A stretch of DNA of 55,091 nucleotides, the filler included, from Sphacelaria rigidula (Eukaryota), in NCBI GenBank assembly GCA_964200075.2. It is 6 parts of 6 records of this genome, joined end to end, with 100 filler letters (N's around TTAATTAATTAA, not from the genome) between each part and the next. Parts side by side here need not be neighbours in the genome. Positions count along the whole stretch, not along the records: positions 9,200 to 18,298 come from CAXNAA020009300.1; positions 18,399 to 27,497 come from CAXNAA020009301.1; 4 more parts are not named here. The stretch is one strand, 5' to 3'. Under the pieces are notes generated by a model. That model saw only the letters and a program-made list of their open reading frames with translations. It was not told the DNA's origin and did not search any database. Position numbers and translations under genes: made by a program. This document shows, in pieces, positions 12,021 to 23,023 of the stretch; within the stretch, counting starts at the first letter, position 1, and every line of letters begins with the position of its first letter.

Positions 12021-13500
12021 TGAATCTGGATTATTTAGACAAAAGAAGGCGTTTGCGATGAGCTTTCAACTGGTTTGACCTTTTGGGGCAATATTGGCAA
12101 AAACAAATGGCTGCAAAACTGATTCATGAGCACGGTAAAGGAAACAGATCTCATCCATCCGGATAAGAGACGGTCTAAACACAAGTAACACAAGTGTTTC
12201 ATTCATGATAGTCAATTTTGACCAGCGGCAGACACAATCAAGAGAAAGATCTGCGGCAGTGGTCGGTGGGACGATTTTTCAGCTCCGGTATCGATCCCCC
12301 AGAACTCGTCAAAGTCTGTGCTGTCAGCTCTGTCTGTATATTATGTGGAGTTGCCCCGCTGGCCTTGCTGTAAGCTGTAAACCAGCGCCGGCGGCTGGAC
12401 ACAGTAACGCTGTGCTGCAGGCAATGTTGGAAAGCGCGGAAACTGCGTCAACATGAACGATGAGTGAAAGGATAACAAGGCCGCCATGCCGTTATGCCCC
12501 CCCCCCCCCCCAACCCACTCGCGCCCCCCTTTCTCTGCAGTTCCGGGTGTCCCCTCCCCACCCCCACACCCGTTCCNNNNNNNNNNGGAAAGCGCGGAAA
12601 CTGCGTCAACATGAACGATGAGTGAAAGGATAACAAGGCCGCCATGCCGTTATGCCCCCCCCCCCCCAATGCCATGCGCACCGCATGATTGCAGGAGTTC
12701 GGTATTTCACATCCCACAGCACAGCTGGGTACTCGTACACGTCACTGTGTTGCGCAGTACAACAGTACAGCAGGGCATAATACAGCAGTAGTAATCAGTA
12801 TCGGTGCTCTTGTGCGCATGCTTGCAGTTCAACGTACGAATCGCACAATCAAAGACGAGGCACACAAGTTGCCAACCAGCAATTAGCATGGTTCTAAGGA
12901 GGGTGGGCAGTGCAGTAATAGCAATGCGTATGTGCCATACCCCAGACTTCCCAGCTTTACAGTTATTAGAGTAGTCGGTGCCTGTCGTGCTGTTGTACGT
13001 CGCACTGCCCACGGCAAGGTCCTGCAGTAGACGAAGCAGTTATTTTGGCTAGAGGTAGCTCAACCCGACATCTTAACCGCGAAACACAAAAAACTATTCA
13101 CCTTGGCCCTAAAATCTCCGCTGCTTGCCCAGTGCAACCTCCAGTGATTCAAAGATATATATGACATGTACGGGCAACGGCATCTTTGCGTCCCTGGGTC
13201 GAGAACCACAGTAGTCCTAACGTGCTGTCAAAACCCGCGGTCGAATGACCAACATAAATAAAGGGCCAAGGAATAGGGGATCCAGATAAATGATTTTCTG
13301 GTAGATCCATGCATCAGGGTGTGACTAGATGCGCATTTCGAAAAAAAACGTAAGAAATAAGAGAACATGATGATGTGTGACCCAATCACCACCCATCGAC
13401 ACTAGAAAATGACCATGAAGAAATACTAGATAATGCGGAGCAATTTATCTACTTGTGATCTCGCTTTGCTCTACATCGCACACACACCACCCTGTTTGCT

Positions 13501-14054
13501 ATGGACTTCGCCCCTCCCGACGTGACGGGCGTCGGCGGGATCGGTGGGTATTACGAGCGCTACGTGAGTGAGAGCGAGAGCACAGATGGGGAGGGTGATG
13601 CCTCTGGCGGTGGAGTCGGCCAACGGAAACAGCGACAACAACAAAGTAAACCTCAGATGCTTCATGTGGACTACCGTCAAGATTTCAGAAGCTCAGGTAG
13701 CAGAACCAGCATCACGAATAAGAACAGTGCTGGGTATTATCAGAAGCACAGCGACAACAAAAGCAGATGCAGCAGCAACAACAGCAAGGAGGAATCATCG
13801 GGTCCGTCGTTGTCGTCGTCTGCTTCCATTTTTGCGAAACTGGCGGCGTCATGGGGCAGGAGCGGTGCTGGAAGCAGCAGTAGACGAAACGGACAAACCG
13901 TCCAAACAGCACGCAATTGTGACAGCAGTCCGCAGCGACCCGTTACAGCTTCCACGTGGAAAGACGTGCAAGAAGGTGACCCGGCGGCGTATCCTGGAAT
14001 GGCGATAGAAGGAGAAGGGGTCATGATAGAAGATGGCGTTGCTCAGGCTGTCAG
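13501..14054 (+). CDS. Probable coding exon of an unknown Ser/Gly-rich protein
   Basis: ATG-started ~185-codon open frame with protein-like low-complexity composition, ending at an AG|GTAGGG donor (phase 2). A phase-compatible candidate next exon lies at ~16639-16791. No domain recognised. Confidence 0.45.
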
Positions 14055-14448
14055 GTAGGGATGGTGTGATGCACTGGGACAGATCGCCATTTTGTTATAT
14101 CCACGATCGTGTCTCTCAGCAGAAAATGTCCGATCCCGCGTCACGGTTTGACCTGGCTGTCGGACATGGCCGCATTCTTCTCCGTACTCTCGCGTGCTTG
14201 GTTGTTGACTGCCGCATCCAAATTGCATCCAAATCTCCGCACCTAGTACTGTAGAGGGTGTCACTTCTGCTTCCGGCGGCCCCTGGCTGCTGTAGTTCTC
14301 AGGAAGTTTCACCTTCGGAAGTGCTGCTTTACTCATTTCGCTGTCAAACTGGGATCATCCATTGGCCCGAGCTCATTGGGTTGCGCCGCAATTTCCAAAA
14401 TCTCCGATCTGATACTTCGATACAACGATACTATAAAAAGCTCCTGTG

Positions 14449-14539
14449 TTGACCTTCCTCCTGTGTGACCCCGGCTCATGCGCCCACATACAACGAAAGG
14501 TGTAGACTGGCGTCCAGAATAGATGGGGACGACAACACA

Positions 14540-14620
<81 letters not shown>
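14449..14620 (+). mobile_element. 3' fragment of the CA-tail SINE with an expanded (CA)n tail
   Basis: Matches 11881-11971, followed directly by ~43 CA units (14535-14620). Confidence 0.75.
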
Positions 14621-14623
<3 letters not shown>

Positions 14624-16946
14624 TGCTCGGCCCATTGTTATCGACACTATTTTTTTCGGAGATCTCAGAAATTTCCGGACCTTTCGTAGTCGGCGCTCCG
14701 ACTTCTCTGGAAACGAAGCCAGTCTTACGCCAAAAGAAAAAATCGGAACAGAATCCGACATATTTTCGCCCCAATACGCACGCACACACCGCGCAACCCC
14801 AGATTCGGCAAGATGGGGTTGTTGTCTGTAGTCTACATGACATGTGATCGAAGTTTCAGCACGTGAAAGCACTGACAGCGCTTGCACGGCCGCATCTCCT
14901 GAAATGAGCACCTCTACAGGCGATACCAAGATAGGTACCGCGTAAAATTACATCATACAGAGTGTGCGCAATACGGGTCGATGTGTTCGTTTGCTGGGGC
15001 AGGAGCCACCCAGCAGGAAGTGAGCGTACCTGCGTGTCAACATATGCATCCACTGACGTCTCACGCCGTCTGGGCCGAGGGGACTGCGTTTTGAGGGCGT
15101 ATCGATGGCATTGCCCAAAATCCGTATTTTGCTTCGTGCGTCTAGCCCACCACGTGAAACGTGCCGCCGCTCCGGGAATATGCTGTCTGTGTTGTGTCTA
15201 CCTCTGTGCCAAGTTTTCAGGCTTGATAGAACAGACACGGCGGAGAAATCCACAAGCAAAATAACCCTTGATCTGTACTGAAAATACAGTACTAAACCCT
15301 GTTGAACCGTCGAAAGATACATGAGGTGCGTATGATTTTTGTATGCGGGAATCTTGGCAGTTGACTTGCTTTTTTTTTCGGCGTAAGATTGAAGCGGCTT
15401 GATTTTTCAGTGTCATTCCTTTTCCATAATGTGGAGGCGGTGTGTAGGAGAATATGTACCTCCTACTACATACTGTCATATTCCGCACTTTCAATTGTCT
15501 AAGACAAGGAGTGGAGATCATCACGGGAAGGGGGGTGGGCACGTGCAGTATCAAGAGCTCGCTTCCCGGGCGGTGTGCGGAGATGGAAAAAGCACCATCA
15601 CGCACGAGACACGTCACAGCACACATCGCAAGCGATTGCTACTTAAACGAGGTCGCGTCCCGGTAGTACACGGCGAAGTTGTGCAGGGTTCTCTACATTC
15701 CGGCCCACCCCGCGCGCACGGATTTCAAATCACACTTGTATACAGTATAGTTGTATGATACTGCTTGCTGTCTATGTGTGCCCTGAAGTGGTACGTGGTG
15801 TACCACCCCTCACTCCGCCACATCTTGTACAACGGTCGGTGTTGCAGCTGAGCGTGCATTCGCCCCAGGTGGCGCACGCAGAAGAAAAAGACCGCTTCTG
15901 CCGCTACAATGCCTGCCTGTTTTTTTAGCGGAGCTGTATGGTAACACAGCCGATATGGCGCGCAAGTCGGCTGTAACATTTCATACCGTGGATTTGTATC
16001 TTCTGTCTTGAAGTGATCCTGCGTGCAGTTCCCACTCCGAGTATTTCCCACGTTGCAGTAGGCAATAGCTTCCATATTGTGCACAGTACATTCTTTTAAA
16101 TTGTATACTGACTGTATTGTTATTATGAAAGCTCTTATCCAGGGTGTAATACATTTCAACATATATCAGGCGGTGAGATCGTGAAATAATCCACAGCACA
16201 TGGCCGAAGTGGAAGTGAGGCAAATCCTGAAATATTCACCTGCAAAGCCTGTGCGGCCGTACTCTAAGTTGACAACGCCAGAAGAACATCGGTGCAACGA
16301 TTATTCCGGCTGCTAGTCTGTTTGCACGGCCGTGCCAGTAGTGGTGGGACTGCCTGCACCGGGATGTCGCCCCCAGTGCCAGGTACGCCGGCAAGGATCC
16401 GTGGCACTACCCACTGGTCGTGCGACAGGAGCTTAACCTTCGACTGTCGAGCTTTTTGAACCGGAAACGTTCAGCTTCCAACCCTTATATATATAGCGGA
16501 CCCGAAGCTATGCTTGTATGATGGGTTTCTTCGAGCGTTCATCCATAACTGGGCGAAGATTGATGATGAGGCAGGCAGGATCCGTCGCAGCCTGCGTGCT
16601 CAACTGTCGTACCCACTATAATTGTCATCTGACAGCAGGGTGTTCAAGAAAAAGTCCCACGCACCGTGGATATCCACCGTATCAATGCAGACCGGGCCAT
16701 CAGCGACTTCTCCTGCTGCAGCTGTGACGGTGACACCTTCCTCTGATACCAATCTACACATTCTCCAAGTTTCGGCGTCATCTGACGCGAGGTGCGGATT
16801 CTCTCCACGGCAAGCTGCCAAAACACCGCCTCCATATTATAGAGAAGGAAAAGCACTGTTCTAATTTTCTCTCCGGAGCTTCATCATGGGAAGAAAAAAG
16901 TCAATCCGACTGAAACGCACCCCGGAGACCTGCCCTGTGTGTACGC

Positions 16947-17069
16947 TGGAGTGCTGACCCAATCCGCGAAACCAAAGTGCAAGGCATGTACCGGGAAGAG
17001 ATGAGTTGATCCCTTGGAACTATGGACTCGTCCCGAGGAAGTGGAAGGGTTCAAAGTGCGACAAATAAA
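16947..17069 (+). mobile_element. 3' fragment of the poly(A)-tail SINE family
   Basis: GGAGTGCTGACCCAATCCGCGA...GGACTCGTCCCGAGGAAGTGGAAGGGTTCAAAGTG aligns by eye with 29789-29905 and with the reverse complement of 27375-27497. Confidence 0.7.
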
Positions 17070-17731
17070 TTCATGTAAAATCAAAATAAAGGCACGACCG
17101 TGTGAAAATGGTTCGAGGTCCGGTAATGCCGATACGTTGTATACCATCATGCTATTTCGTTGCCTTATCCCGATACCGAATGGCGACGTTGCTGCCGGGT
17201 CAACTGATCCACCCGATCCACCTTGGCCACCAAACGGTCGCTATACACGTGTGAATCGCATGATATTTGTCCTGCACGCTTCAAGAGTCTCACCCCCGCG
17301 ACTCCGTCCCTCCTGCTTCGTTGCCGCGTACCATGCGGGGCGACCGTTACCTCCTGGATATACAATCTTGGCTCATGGGACGTGCAGGGATAACTGCTCG
17401 GAGGTCGTCAAAGGACTTTCCGTGGGTTCGTCTTCGTCCGGGCTGAAAGGGTGAGAAATCCGTTTCATGACGGCCGTCAGGTGTGTTGGTAGATTGTTCC
17501 AAGTATTAGGTAACTGGGTTCTGACCGTAGTCGGTAAAACGTGACAAAAAGTACTGCTGGGCAACACCATATGGCCTCGATCACGACGTGGCTGCAGCAA
17601 GCACATCGTAGAAGTGATAAATCAATTCTCCCCCTTTTTGTAGCACTTCGGGGTGTTTTTCGCTATTGCACACGTCGGACAGATCAGCTCCCTATAGCTC
17701 GAGCTAGCTCTTTTGAGCGTAGCTCCCTAGT

Positions 17732-18154
17732 GAGCTATGAGAGCTACATGAGCTACGCATGTTTACTATACGTGAGCTGCCAACCCGTAGCTCATCAGCT
17801 CATATTCGTCCTGGGTGAGCTATGGGAGCTGTGTGAGCTACGCACGTTTGCGATATGTGAGCTGCCAACCCATAGCTCATCAGCTCAGTTTCGTCCTGGG
17901 CGCGCTATAAGAGTTGCATGAGCTACGCATGTTTCGCCTGGATGAGTTACCAACCCGTAGCTCATCAGCTCATATTCGCCCTGGGTGAGCTATAAGAGCT
18001 GCATAAGCCACGCATGTTTATCCCGAATGAGCTATGAGAGATGCATGAGCTACATATGTTTGCCCTGGATGAGCTATGAGAGATATATGAGCTACACGTG
18101 TTTGCCCTGGATGAGCTGTGAGAGCTAGGTGAGCTGCGAGTATTTGCTCTGGAT
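17732..18154. repeat. GAGCT-rich minisatellite, 42/43-bp units, (AB)x3 then A x4
   Basis: Unit A ~GAGCTATGAGAGCTGCATGAGCTACGCATGTTTGCCCTGGAT (42 bp); unit B ~GAGCTGCCAACCCGTAGCTCATCAGCTCATATTCGTCCTGGGT (43 bp). Ten units counted. Confidence 0.92.
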
Positions 18155-18189
18155 GAACTATAATATCCATGAGAGCTACGATTGCTGAT

Positions 18190-18296
18190 CCCTTTGACCG
18201 CGAGGGTAGGAGGTATCTGAATCGGCATCATTCACACCCGAAAAATGACATGAATTATGCTTATTTACCAAATCGCCAACCCTCGCGGTCAAAGGG
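18190..18296. mobile_element. 107-bp MITE with perfect 18-bp TIR (piggyBac-like ends)
   Basis: CCCTTTGACCGCGAGGGT (18190-18207) and ACCCTCGCGGTCAAAGGG (18279-18296) are exact reverse complements. Related ends elsewhere abut TTAA (20110, 25822). Confidence 0.75.
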
Positions 18297-18298
18297 CT

Positions 18299-18398
18299 NN
18301 NNNNNNNNNNNNNNNNNNNNNNNNNNNNNNNNNNNNNNNNNNTTAATTAATTAANNNNNNNNNNNNNNNNNNNNNNNNNNNNNNNNNNNNNNNNNNNN
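18299..18398. other. Artificial scaffold linker
   Basis: N44-TTAATTAATTAA-N44. Confidence 0.98.
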
Positions 18399-19633
18399 CT
18401 TAAAGCGAATGATCAAAGCCACTCTCAATCGTATCATCTACTCTCAATCTCACGAAAACACTTTTCCTTAGCGCTACCACTACGTCCTTACACAAAAATC
18501 CGGCTATGTCACACTCTTCAGCTGTCCATGGCGGTCACTATGACATCATGTATGCGACTATTCGGCAGGTACTGCGGAAGGCATTTGCTGATGACACAAT
18601 TTTTTGGGGTGATAAGCGTGAACCAGTCGGTATTAAAAGTGTAAAAGTGGGCTAAATTCCTCTTTTTTTTTTTTGGAGAGCAGCAGATGAAATAGGGTAT
18701 GCATGGTTGTAAATACCACCTTCCTGTATTCGACAATTATTTCCGTGATTCAACACAGGTAGTTATCGTCCGAGAGTCATCCTACGATAGGGGGGGGGGG
18801 GGATTTTGGGCCATTTGTTGCTCGAAATTTCGAGTCAGATCGTCGTTGAAAGCAGCAACGGTTGTTCGAACAAGCTTGTTGTGGATCAATAACGCTCACC
18901 CATACTGTCTGACACCCTTTGGAACCAAGTACAAGCGCAACGCAAGTGTGGAAGGATGCCTGACACACTTATGAGCTTTTTTTTTCGTGCAACCAAATAA
19001 CCCCGCCCTATCGTAGGACGACCCCCAACCATAACTGACACAACCCAAAACCAAAGGATATTGAGAACCCTCAAGCGTCGGGAGTGCACATGGCGCGCCC
19101 TCCGAGGGCCGAAGCTCGCAAGAGTAGTGCGGCGCGCGCACCACGCCGAGTTGACAGGGGTTTTTCGTAAGTCGAACGCCCCACACACTGCCTTGAGCAA
19201 AGCTTGCGAACGCTCGAGGTGCCTACCCCACATGACTGCCGTGAGGCAATCTAGCCACCTCCGGGTAATCGGCACACGGACTCGCTGGCGGGGTAAGTGT
19301 TGGGTGAGGTTGAAATGTCGAGGTTTCCTCCTTTCAAGGAGAAAAATGGTGTGACAGCAGCAAAGTGTGTATCGGCGAAGCTCAAATCAACGCTGTTCAA
19401 GCAACCGCACGTTACCTGGTATTGTCAGTCCCTCCAAAATTCGAGTGTGATCGTCGACATGAAGAGCCGAGTACTTGTTCATACATGAAATTTGTCGATC
19501 AGTTGGCGGAAACTGAACTGGAAGAATTCGAATCCGTAAACTATTGTCGCCATCAAGACACCCACTAGTTGTCGGGCGTTTGGGGGGGGGGGGGGGGGGG
19601 GCGNNNNNNNNNNGGTGTCGGGGGTGTGGAGGG

Positions 19634-19686
<53 letters not shown>

Positions 19687-22600
19687 ACGAGTTGATGGGT
19701 AAGGCAGTCTGATGACCGCGAGACGAGGCATCAAAAACTTTCATCCTAAAATTTTTGCATTACATCCTAAATTTCTAAGAGCGAAACGCTTTCACACGAT
19801 ACGGGGGCGCAGCCACGTAGGCGCCCAAGACGGACGTGGACGTGTTCTAAAAAAGCAGAAAACAATCAAAATAATAACGGAACTCCCCTGTTTCGCACAA
19901 ACCGTAGGGTGTACATACTTGTCTTCGAGAGACGATAACAAATAGCGCTCCTGCCGCCTCAATGTCACTCCACTTATATCGACCAGTCCATTTTCACTCA
20001 TGAGCTCAACTCTGGACGCCATGCATGGGCCATCCTAGTATTGCACTCATTTTCGATGTACAAATGATAATCATTCGATAGACAATGATCCACCCTGGCG
20101 GTCAAAGGGTTAACAACGACACGGACATGACTGAGTGAAAGAGGAGCGCGAAAAAAAAACACTCACACACACACACACCAACACGCCAAACACATTACAC
20201 CTACAGACGACACGGGACAAATGCGTCAAGTCATGAAATAATTGCATGGAAAAAAAACAAGACGAAAACCAACAAGAACACATGACAGTAATCGTGCACA
20301 AACACTATGAACGAGGACAATACATGTACTGTTGTATGCGTGCCGACATCGCCGCGAAGAAAAGCAACAAGAAAAAATCCACAAACATCAACTGGATACA
20401 CTGCGGCGCGGCTGACTCAAAACGCCGAACCGCGAAGAACTGAATCGCATGTTTTCGCCATGGAAAAACCAGAAGCAGCGAAACGTCGGGTAGAAGCAAG
20501 CCAACACTTGCTCGGGCGAAACAAACCCAATAAAACATGAAGCTCGGTCCAAACTACCTGTACGTGAAAAAGTAAACCTTGCCTCCAGCGACACTCTAGC
20601 CCTACTGTATGGACACCCCCCCCCCCCCGTCAACCCGCTCGGAATCGTTGCACTCTGAGCAATGATACACTCAACCCTTAATCAAACCGACGTTGTCACT
20701 TCACGCATGGCCAAAATTACCCCGCCCGAAATATGACATCATAGCTTCGGATCAAGTCTCCTCGTCGGACAAGGGTCGTCGGCCGATCATAATACTGTTT
20801 CTAAGAAAAGTGACCGATCGCAAAACTATGGCCACCTTATTTTTTTTCATTCCTTTTTCTTTTGTATCTATCTGTTGGCAGCGTCAAAACGCAAGAGCAA
20901 CAGCGAACAACACTGGATTGAGCAGAAGAAGAATCTGTCGACAAAAACAAACGGCCTTCGCCGCACAGCGAGAGGAAGCAAAGCTAACTAATACTTTGCT
21001 GCGACGGCGGCGAAACCCCCCTTGGCAAAAAGCTTCATCTCGCATGTAAATCACCGTACACCTAAAAAAATATACATGTACCGTATGAAAAGTGAACAAC
21101 GTCCAAATATTGATATCGTGAACAGATGAAACACACCCAACGCAGTGAACAAGTGGCCTCCCGGGTTATCACCAAGACCAAACGACCACAACTACACTAC
21201 ACAGAGAGCAACACTCGACAAAAAACAAAAAGAAAGAGAGAGCCCACATCCATGACACATGGAGAGCTTAGCCCTATCCTACCACGCTGGCGTTTGGTAT
21301 TTCGACCTCGAAACAACAATTTTTGAATCTACAAAAAAAAAAAAATCCGTCCGACGGTAAAATCACGCACGCACGCGCGCGCACATACACAGTCACATAA
21401 AAAAGCTTCCATCTAAAATCATCCCACCCACGCAGAAGGCACGAACAGGCCGTTCCTCGGAGGTCGATGACAGTTCAACATGGAACAATGAACAAAAATC
21501 AAGGGCGAAAAGTACACAATCATGAGCACAAACGTCGCCAGTTGCTCGTGTTGCTGACATCGAACACAGTTCAGCCTCGACGCCCAACCGGAAACAAACG
21601 AGTGGAAACTTGCCAGGGGAAAAAGCGTTTTCTCCTGCCGTCGCATCGCCGAACACGCCCATTACAGTCTGACAGGCTGTAGTGTAAGCCTGTGCTCGCA
21701 TTCCATCGATTCTCAAAACGGAACCCTTGCTACTCGCTACTCAGATCTTTTCCTTTTTTTTTTGGCCTCAAGCCATTGTCAATACGCTGAAGACAGGGAC
21801 TCTTCGTCAAGACTTCGTATATTGAGCAACGAAGAGGAAGTGGACCTCACATTACGACATGAACATATATATATAACGCCATCCCCTAATACCTGAAGGC
21901 ATCCACAATCCTCCTCAAGCTGCGAGGATCTTTGGAACCTTTCCGTGACTACTCTCCGCCGCACCTTCTCAACCCTCCCTCATGTGCGGTCTCGGAGTCA
22001 GTACCACACGACTGAAATAACAACCAAATCACAATCTTCACCATATTCCAGAGAAAACAGCTACAACACTGCTTTCAATTTGCTGTGTTCGAGTGTGAAC
22101 AAAAAACGAACTAATGGTGTTGTACTGCGGCGCTCATGTATATATATATATATATATATATTGCACCACAAGAAAAAAAAAACGAAAAATAATAATATAT
22201 AAAAATAAAAAATCGAATGGGGAAAAATATATAAAGAAAAAAAAGAGACCGGAACGGAAACATGGAGTGGTACGACTAGTGTGTTCGTCCCCATGTCACC
22301 ATTTTAGTCCCAACCAAAGTCGTGAGGACCACGATCGGAACTGATCTGAAATAAATAAAAGAACGAGGCAACTATGTGCCTCGTTCAATGATCTCCGTAT
22401 TAATACAGGACGCAACCCAACCCGACAAATCCTTCGTTCCCGCTTCCCTCCTTGATGGCAAGAACGACACGTGTTGGAACTGACATATTTACGGGGAAGG
22501 CGCGTGGTTGCCTGCCAGCGGAAAAGCTGCATTGCATGTCACACGGCCATCCCCATCCCCGTCCCGGATGATCCCGTTCGAGAAAACCGTCACTCAAATT

Positions 22601-23023
22601 CCAACAAAAAAAAACACACAAAAAAACACAATGAAACGCAACACGCAAGGTAAAGGTACCACGACCAACGCTTCCCTTGACGGCATCAAGCACCAGCATA
22701 CTGCAGCCCCTCGCGCATCGCAGGAACCAAACGTCACCTGCCGCCAACTCCTGCGTGGCAATCGCGGCCTTACCTCAGCCCCTCGCCCTTCGACCCCGAA
22801 ACAACCCGACAACAAAAGGCCGCCTACTCCTCCGTTCTCCCTACATCCCCCCGCCCTATCCCCTTCGCCCACCATAGGCGCGGCTCTCACATCAGCTTCA
22901 TCACTCGAGACCGAAGTATTGCTCTGACCGAATTTTCCGGGACACAGCCACAAACGCCGACATGCATACAAACCCTCCTCCCCGTCCCGTCTCCCTCGAA
23001 AGATTCCAAACAACCATATACTC

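Noticed and set aside
12429..12669. Exact ~80-bp direct repeat either side of a 10-N gap
   Set aside because: Both copies end in a poly(C) run next to a gap, typical of an unmerged contig overlap.
14376..14801. Short inverted GGGTTGCGC / GCGCAACCC pair as a possible hAT MITE
   Set aside because: Only ~9-10 bp match and no target-site duplication visible.
14333..14929. ORFs with poly-CV / poly-HT tracts
   Set aside because: Translations of the (CA)n microsatellite.
17732..18154. CRISPR-like array
   Set aside because: Units are contiguous and degenerate, with no unique spacers and no cas genes; the context is eukaryotic.
19581..19685. Long poly(G) / poly-Pro ORF or G-quadruplex
   Set aside because: It flanks a 10-N gap, so the homopolymer length is unreliable and may be a sequencing artefact.
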